NCBI GenBank assembly: GCA_046726435.1 | Contig: JBKPAM010000008.1 | Location: forward strand, 2,668-66,667 | DNA from: Actinomycetota bacterium | GTDB lineage: Bacteria > Actinomycetota > Thermoleophilia > Gaiellales > Gaiellaceae | Direction of reading: 5' to 3' | DNA: 64,000 nt | In this document: piece by piece, positions 59,198 to 64,000 of the stretch | Layout: each line of letters begins with the position of its first letter | Numbering within the stretch: the stretch's first letter is position 1 | The notes under the pieces: model-generated | The model's input: only the letters and a program-made list of their open reading frames with translations | Database searches by the model: none | Told to the model about the DNA's origin: nothing | Translations under genes and position numbers: made by a program

Positions 59198-60134
59198 CCT
59201 GCGCCGCGGGCGGGTGACGGCGATCGAAGAACGTCACGAGGGCCTGGTCCGGATGGAGGTCGACGGCGTGGGCTGCGTTGCCTACCCGTCGCTGACCGGG
59301 CCGGTGGCGCTCGACGACGACGTCCTGGTGAACGTCCAGGCGCGGGAGCTCGACCTCGGTTCCGGCGGCTTCGACGTCCTGTACGCGAACCTGACACGCG
59401 GCCTCGGGCTCGGGCCGGAGGACGGCGCACACGTGATGCTTCTGCCGTACACGCCGCTCCAGCACGCGCGCCTGCACGTGGAGGAAGCGTCGGAGCCTGC
59501 GGGTCGGCTCGCCGGCATGCCGGTGTTGTGCTGCTCCCTGCACAGCCAGGTGGCGCCGGTGTGCGCAGGGCTCGCCGGCCTACGCGTGGCATACGTGCAG
59601 CTCGCCGGTGGGGCCCTGCCCGTCTCGCTCTCGGACACGGTGCGGGTGCTCGAGGAGCGCGGGCTCGTGGCGACGAGTGCGGCGGTCGCGCCGTGCTTCG
59701 ACGGAGACGTCCAGTGCGTCTCCGTGGCCTCTGCGCTCGGATGGGCGCGGGAGGGTCACGATGTCGCCGTCTGCGCCATCGGCCCCGGGATTGTGGGCAC
59801 CGGCACGCGCTTCGGCCACGGCGGCGTCGCCGCCGCCGAGGCAGCCAACGCCGCGCTCGCGCTCGGAGGCGTACCCGTCGTGGCCGCACGGGTCTCGGGC
59901 GCGGACGACCGAGCGCGCCACCGCGGGCTCTCGCACCACACAGAGGCCGTGCTCACACTCGTTCGGGGCGAGGCGGTCGTCGCGGACTCCGGGGGCGAGG
60001 GCTGGCGCGAGGCGTGCGCGGGGCTTCCGCTCTCGCATATGGGGCGCGGTTCCGAGGAGGACCCCGACTTCTTCGCGGCCGCCTACGCGGCGGGACTTGC
60101 CGCACGCGAGCTCCTGGCGGGCGGCGCGATGTAG
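59187..60134 (+). CDS. DUF3866 family protein
   Basis: Recalled family pattern (RGRVTAI.., YTPLQ, MPV..LHSQ, LRVAYVQ..GGALP, LSHH); 11-nt overlap with the peptidase gene. Confidence 0.65.
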   Translation: MPLSLRRGRVTAIEERHEGLVRMEVDGVGCVAYPSLTGPVALDDDVLVNVQARELDLGSGGFDVLYANLTRGLGLGPEDGAHVMLLPYTPLQHARLHVEEASEPAGRLAGMPVLCCSLHSQVAPVCAGLAGLRVAYVQLAGGALPVSLSDTVRVLEERGLVATSAAVAPCFDGDVQCVSVASALGWAREGHDVAVCAIGPGIVGTGTRFGHGGVAAAEAANAALALGGVPVVAARVSGADDRARHRGLSHHTEAVLTLVRGEAVVADSGGEGWREACAGLPLSHMGRGSEEDPDFFAAAYAAGLAARELLAGGAM

Positions 60135-60616
60135 TAGTGGAGCAAGGTTTCGGGTGCGACGGCCCAGGGCTCACTGTGGACGCGGCGCCAGCCGCGTCGT
60201 TCGTAGAGCCGAATCGCGTCCCGGTCCTTGTCGGTGACGTCGAGCACCGGCCGGAGCCCGCGGGTGGCTGCCTCCACGCTCGCCGCCTCGAGCAGCGCGC
60301 CGCCGATCCCGGCGCCGCGTTCACGGCCTGCGACGAACAGGCGCGTGATCGACGCGAGCCGGTTGGGCGGCAGACCAGTCGCGGCCGACCAGGCTCCTGC
60401 TCCGGCGTCGGCAGTCGCCCCCCGGAGAGCGACGTGCCCGGCGATCCGGTCGTCCACCTCGGCGACCCAGGCCGCAAGCGTTCCGGAAGGGGAGAGCCAT
60501 TTCGCAGGATCTTCCGGCCAGGAGACCGGGTAGCCGTCGGTGCGATGGAGCGACTCGAGGATGCGCACGCACCGGCTCAGGTCGCGAACTGACCGGGGTC
60601 GGATGCGCAGCTCCAT
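60083..60616 (-). CDS. GNAT family N-acetyltransferase
   Basis: RLFVAGRERGAGIGGALLEAA acetyl-CoA binding motif. ATG 60616 (MELRIRP). The frame stays open upstream to GTG 60847. Confidence 0.8.
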   Translation of the reverse strand: MELRIRPRSVRDLSRCVRILESLHRTDGYPVSWPEDPAKWLSPSGTLAAWVAEVDDRIAGHVALRGATADAGAGAWSAATGLPPNRLASITRLFVAGRERGAGIGGALLEAASVEAATRGLRPVLDVTDKDRDAIRLYERRGWRRVHSEPWAVAPETLLHYYIAPPARSSRAASPAA

Positions 60617-60887
60617 TGCGCTGGATCGTACGGAGTCCAGTCCCTGCGATGCGGCTCGGAGGACGGCGAGCTCGAGGATCGAGCCGTCTCCGTCCGGTGC
60701 CTCGATCTCGCGCTCGAGCTCCGGCTCGAAGCCGTGCGCGCGGACCTCGCGTTTCACCGGGTCGGTCGGCACGCCGCTTCGAGGGCTGCCGTAGCCGCGG
60801 AGGATGAGGCGTCCGCCGGGCGCAACCGGCCGCGCCGACTCAGTCACCGCCCCGTAGTTCGGTTCGCCCGGCCTCCTCCCCGAGGCG

Positions 60888-60918
60888 ATCGTATCGGGGT
60901 ATGGCGCACGTGTCTGTG
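60888..60918 (-). promoter_or_regulatory. promoter candidate: CACAGACACG-N15-TACGAT (minus strand)
   Basis: Nearly identical to 17422-17480 over ~60 nt, including the GGGGAGGAGGCCGGGCGAACCG leader (complement of 60860-60881). Confidence 0.55.
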
Positions 60919-61003
60919 ACGCTTCGCGCCGAGTTCGTGACGGCTCATCTACAACGTTCTCGCGCACTAGGGAACTGCGCGAAAAGCTAGGGTTTTCGCC
61001 CCG

Positions 61004-62128
61004 ATGAAGGTTGGAGTCGTCAAGGAGATCAAGCCCGACGAGTACCGCGTCGCGCTCACGCCCGCCGGGGCGCGCGAGCTCGTGGAGGGCGGGCACGACG
61101 TGCTCGTCGAGGCCGGCGCCGGCGACGGAAGCTCGTTCCCGGACGATGCCTACCGCGCGGTCGGGGCCTCGCTCGCGTCCGCCGAGGAGGTCTGGGGCGA
61201 CGCCGATCTCCTGCTCAAGGTCAAGGAGCCGCTGCCGGCCGAGTACCGACTCGTACGGGATGGGCTCGTTCTCTTCACGTACCTCCACCTGGCCGCGAAC
61301 GAGGAGCTGACGCGGGCGCTCGTGGAGAGCGGGGCTGCCTGCGTCGCCTACGAGACGGTCGAGACCGACAAGCACGCCTTACCGCTGCTCGCCCCGATGA
61401 GCGAGATCGCCGGCCGGCTCGCCGCGCAGGCGGGCGCCTACTTCCTGGAGAAGCCGCTCGGCGGGCGCGGATTGCTGCTCGGCGGAGTCCCGGGCGTGAC
61501 TCCGGGCCATGTGCTTGTGATCGGCGGAGGCATCGTCGGCTACAACGCCGCCGTGATCGCGCTCGGGCTCGGCGCGAACGTCACGATCCTCGAGCGCTCG
61601 GTCGACCGGATGCGGTACCTGGACGAGATCGTCTCCGGACGCGTCAGCCTCGTGATGTCGTCGGCGCTCCAGATCGAGGAGTCGATCGTCGAGGCAGACG
61701 TCGTGATCGGGGCCGTCCTGATCCCGGGCGCCGTGGCTCCGAAGCTGATCACCCGCGAGATGCTCGGCGTGATGAAGGACGGAGCCGTTCTGTGCGACGT
61801 CGCGATCGACCAGGGCGGCTGCGCCGAGACCTCGCGGCCCACCACGCACAGCGAGCCGGTCTACGTGGTCGACGGCGTCACGCACTACTGCGTCGCGAAC
61901 ATGCCGGGCGCCGTGCCGATCACCTCGACGAAGGCGCTCACGAACGTGACGCTGCCCTATGTGGAGGCGATCGCCGACCACGGCCTTGCAGAAGCGGTCG
62001 CGCGCGATCCCGCGCTTTCCCGCGGCGTCAACGTGCTCGACGGGAAGGTCACCTACGAGGCCGTTGCCGAGGCCCACGGCCTCGACTACCACCCGCTCGA
62101 GGACGTCCTACCGCTCTCGCCCGTGTAG
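61004..62128 (+). CDS. ald: alanine dehydrogenase
   Basis: [26 protein letters not shown]. Confidence 0.95.
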   Translation: MKVGVVKEIKPDEYRVALTPAGARELVEGGHDVLVEAGAGDGSSFPDDAYRAVGASLASAEEVWGDADLLLKVKEPLPAEYRLVRDGLVLFTYLHLAANEELTRALVESGAACVAYETVETDKHALPLLAPMSEIAGRLAAQAGAYFLEKPLGGRGLLLGGVPGVTPGHVLVIGGGIVGYNAAVIALGLGANVTILERSVDRMRYLDEIVSGRVSLVMSSALQIEESIVEADVVIGAVLIPGAVAPKLITREMLGVMKDGAVLCDVAIDQGGCAETSRPTTHSEPVYVVDGVTHYCVANMPGAVPITSTKALTNVTLPYVEAIADHGLAEAVARDPALSRGVNVLDGKVTYEAVAEAHGLDYHPLEDVLPLSPV

Positions 62129-62135
62129 CGAGGCG

Positions 62136-62243
62136 CTACTTGGTCGGGCTGATCTTCACGACCAGCCAGGTCGTCGCAGCCGCGAAGACGATCACGCAGG
62201 CGCCGAAGACGACCAGCAGGAGCATGCCGATGATGGCGTCCAT
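62136..62243 (-). CDS. small membrane protein (35 aa)
   Basis: MDAIIGMLLLVVFGACVIVFAAATTWLVVKISPTK, within track ORF 62136..62369. Confidence 0.45.
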   Translation of the reverse strand: MDAIIGMLLLVVFGACVIVFAAATTWLVVKISPTK

Positions 62244-62263
62244 CGCCGACCTAGAATAGCCGC

Positions 62264-63433
62264 GTGCCGCGCGCCTGCGTGATTGTTCTGGATGCCGTGG
62301 GCGCGGGAGCGCTCCCGGATGCCGACGAGTACGGCGACGAGGGCTCTGACACGCTTGGCAACGTCGCACGGGCTGTCGGCGGCCTTGACCTGCCGAACCT
62401 CGAGGCGCTCGGGCTCGGCAACATCGAGCCGCTCGAGGGCTGCCGACCGCAGCCCGGCGCGCCCGCGGTCGCCGGGCGGCTGCTGGAGCGCTCGAAGGGC
62501 AAGGACACGACGGCGGGGCACTGGGAGCTGATGGGCGTCGTCACGCCGACGCCGTTCCCCACCTACCCTCAGGGCTTCCCGCACGACGTGATCGACCCAT
62601 TCATGCACCGGACGGGGCGGGGCGTCCTCGGCAACAAGCCGGCCTCCGGCACGGAGATCATCCAGGAGCTGGGGGAGGAGCACCAGCGCACGGGAAAGTG
62701 GATCGTCTACACGTCCGCCGACTCGGTCTTCCAGGTTGCCGCGCACGAGGAGACGATCCCCCTCGAGGAGCTCTATGCGGGGTGCCGCATCGCGCGGGAG
62801 ATCCTGACGGGGAAGCACGCCGTCGGTCGGGTGATCGCGCGACCCTTCATCGGCGAGCCGGGCAACTACGAGCGGACGCCGAACCGGCACGACTTCTCGC
62901 TCGAGCCTCGCCGGCCGAACTACCTGACGCTCGTGCGGGAGGCCGGGAAGACCGTCCACGCCGTGGGGAAGATCAACGACATCTTCGCGGGATGCGATAT
63001 CGACGAGTCGCGCCCGACGAGGTCGAACGTGGAAGGGATCCAGCAGACCGAGATGCTGCTGCGGGAGCTCGACGAGGGGCTCATCTTCACGAACCTCGTC
63101 GAGACGGACATGCTCTGGGGCCACCGCAACGACCCCGTCAACTTCCATCGCTGCCTGCAGGATTTCGACCGCCGGTTGCCAGACCTGCTCGACGCGCTGC
63201 GAGATCAGGATTTGCTGATCCTCACCTCCGACCACGGTTGCGACCCGACGACGCCCTCGACCGACCACTCGCGTGAGTACGCGCTCCTGCTCGCGTACGT
63301 ACACGGCCGCAATGCTGCGGGCCGGATTCACGAGGAAGGCGAGTTCGCGGACGTCGGCGCCACAGTCAACGCCTGGCTGGGGGGAAAGGCGCCAAGGCGC
63401 AGGATCCCCGGCGAGCCGATCGTCGAGCCCTAG
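62264..63433 (+). CDS. deoB: phosphopentomutase
   Basis: [19 protein letters not shown]; TAGAAT 6 nt upstream of the GTG. Confidence 0.95.
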   Translation: MPRACVIVLDAVGAGALPDADEYGDEGSDTLGNVARAVGGLDLPNLEALGLGNIEPLEGCRPQPGAPAVAGRLLERSKGKDTTAGHWELMGVVTPTPFPTYPQGFPHDVIDPFMHRTGRGVLGNKPASGTEIIQELGEEHQRTGKWIVYTSADSVFQVAAHEETIPLEELYAGCRIAREILTGKHAVGRVIARPFIGEPGNYERTPNRHDFSLEPRRPNYLTLVREAGKTVHAVGKINDIFAGCDIDESRPTRSNVEGIQQTEMLLRELDEGLIFTNLVETDMLWGHRNDPVNFHRCLQDFDRRLPDLLDALRDQDLLILTSDHGCDPTTPSTDHSREYALLLAYVHGRNAAGRIHEEGEFADVGATVNAWLGGKAPRRRIPGEPIVEP

Positions 63434-63476
63434 TGGCGGCCACTCGTCCATTGGTCGGGCGGCTCTTCGGGCCCGC

Positions 63477-64000
63477 ATGATGCGCCTGAACGACCCTGAC
63501 CTCGTCCGGAAGCAGTACGAGACCGAGGGCGGGCTGGCGGTGCGCCGCGACTCGCAGCGCAGGTTTCTCGAAGGCACGGACGCCTTCGACGTTGCGCTCG
63601 AGGCTGTGGTGGGGACACGCCCAGGACGTGTTCTCGAGGTCGGATGTGGGATGGGCGAGTTTGCAGAGCGCGTTGCACGTGAGACCGGGGCGGAGGTGAT
63701 CGCCACGGATCTCTCGCCGCGAATGGTGGAGCTGACGGGTCGGCGGGGTCTGGACGCGCGCGTGGCCGACGTTCAGGATCTCCCCTTCGCGGACGCGGAG
63801 TTCGACTGCGCCGTGGCGAACTGGATGCTCTACCACGTACCCGACGTCGACAGCGCTCTCGCCGAGCTCCGCCGCGTGCTGAGGGCCGGCGGAACGCTCG
63901 TTGCGACGACGATCGGCGCGCAACATATGGCCGACGTCTGGCAGCTCGTGGGCTTCGGGGTCCCGCTGCGGGAGTTTTCTCGTGAGAACGGGGAGGAGGC
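63477..64000 (+). CDS. class I SAM-dependent methyltransferase (3' end beyond the window)
   Basis: VLEVGCGMGEF motif I, DLPFADAEFDCAV, LRPGG-like LRAGGTLV. Not in the track because no stop lies inside the window. Confidence 0.8.
   Translation, partial: MMRLNDPDLVRKQYETEGGLAVRRDSQRRFLEGTDAFDVALEAVVGTRPGRVLEVGCGMGEFAERVARETGAEVIATDLSPRMVELTGRRGLDARVADVQDLPFADAEFDCAVANWMLYHVPDVDSALAELRRVLRAGGTLVATTIGAQHMADVWQLVGFGVPLREFSRENGEE

Overview
This is a very GC-rich, gene-dense bacterial chromosome segment. Gene content and promoter style look actinobacterial, perhaps a deep-branching lineage; that placement is inference only. All calls were made by eye from the sequence and the ORF track, with no searches or folding runs.

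Positions 1-11400 are an accessory patchwork. It holds an HNH endonuclease, an excisionase-like HTH gene, a MarR regulator and a tRNA/tmRNA-like 3' end fragment with its own terminator. It also holds several frameshifted or truncated genes, duplicated segments, and tRNA-Glu(CTC) and tRNA-Gln(CTG).

Positions 11400-64000 are core genome:
- a heterodimeric ABC exporter pair;
- a histidine-utilisation operon (ftcD-hutH-hutU-hutI);
- hisS, aspS and alaS;
- mnmA with an anti-sigma-like protein and a SigB/F-type sigma factor;
- ruvX, mltG and the shikimate genes (aroE, aroC, fused aroK-aroB, aroQ);
- a conserved block running efp, BCCP fusion, accC, asp23, nusB, xseB, prenyl synthase, tlyA, nadK, recN;
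- steA, an MctB-like gene, pyrG, ald and deoB.

Many adjacent genes are chained by ATGA/GTGA/TTGA start-stop overlaps. At least 17 genes have a TANNNT -10 box 5-10 nt upstream of the start codon, which suggests leaderless mRNAs.

Main leads:
- a 166-nt palindromic repeat that exactly fills two stop-to-start junctions;
- a 112-bp tandem repeat that triplicates the nusB end and the xseB ribosome-binding site, carrying two 32-codon mini-ORFs;
- an OadA/5S-type carboxyltransferase domain with all metal ligands substituted, fused to BCCP in the accB position;
- a recurrent CAGACACG-N15-TANNNT promoter motif with a shared 5' leader;
- a structured intergenic RNA candidate at 28325-28525.

No CRISPR array, rRNA gene or intact IS element was seen.
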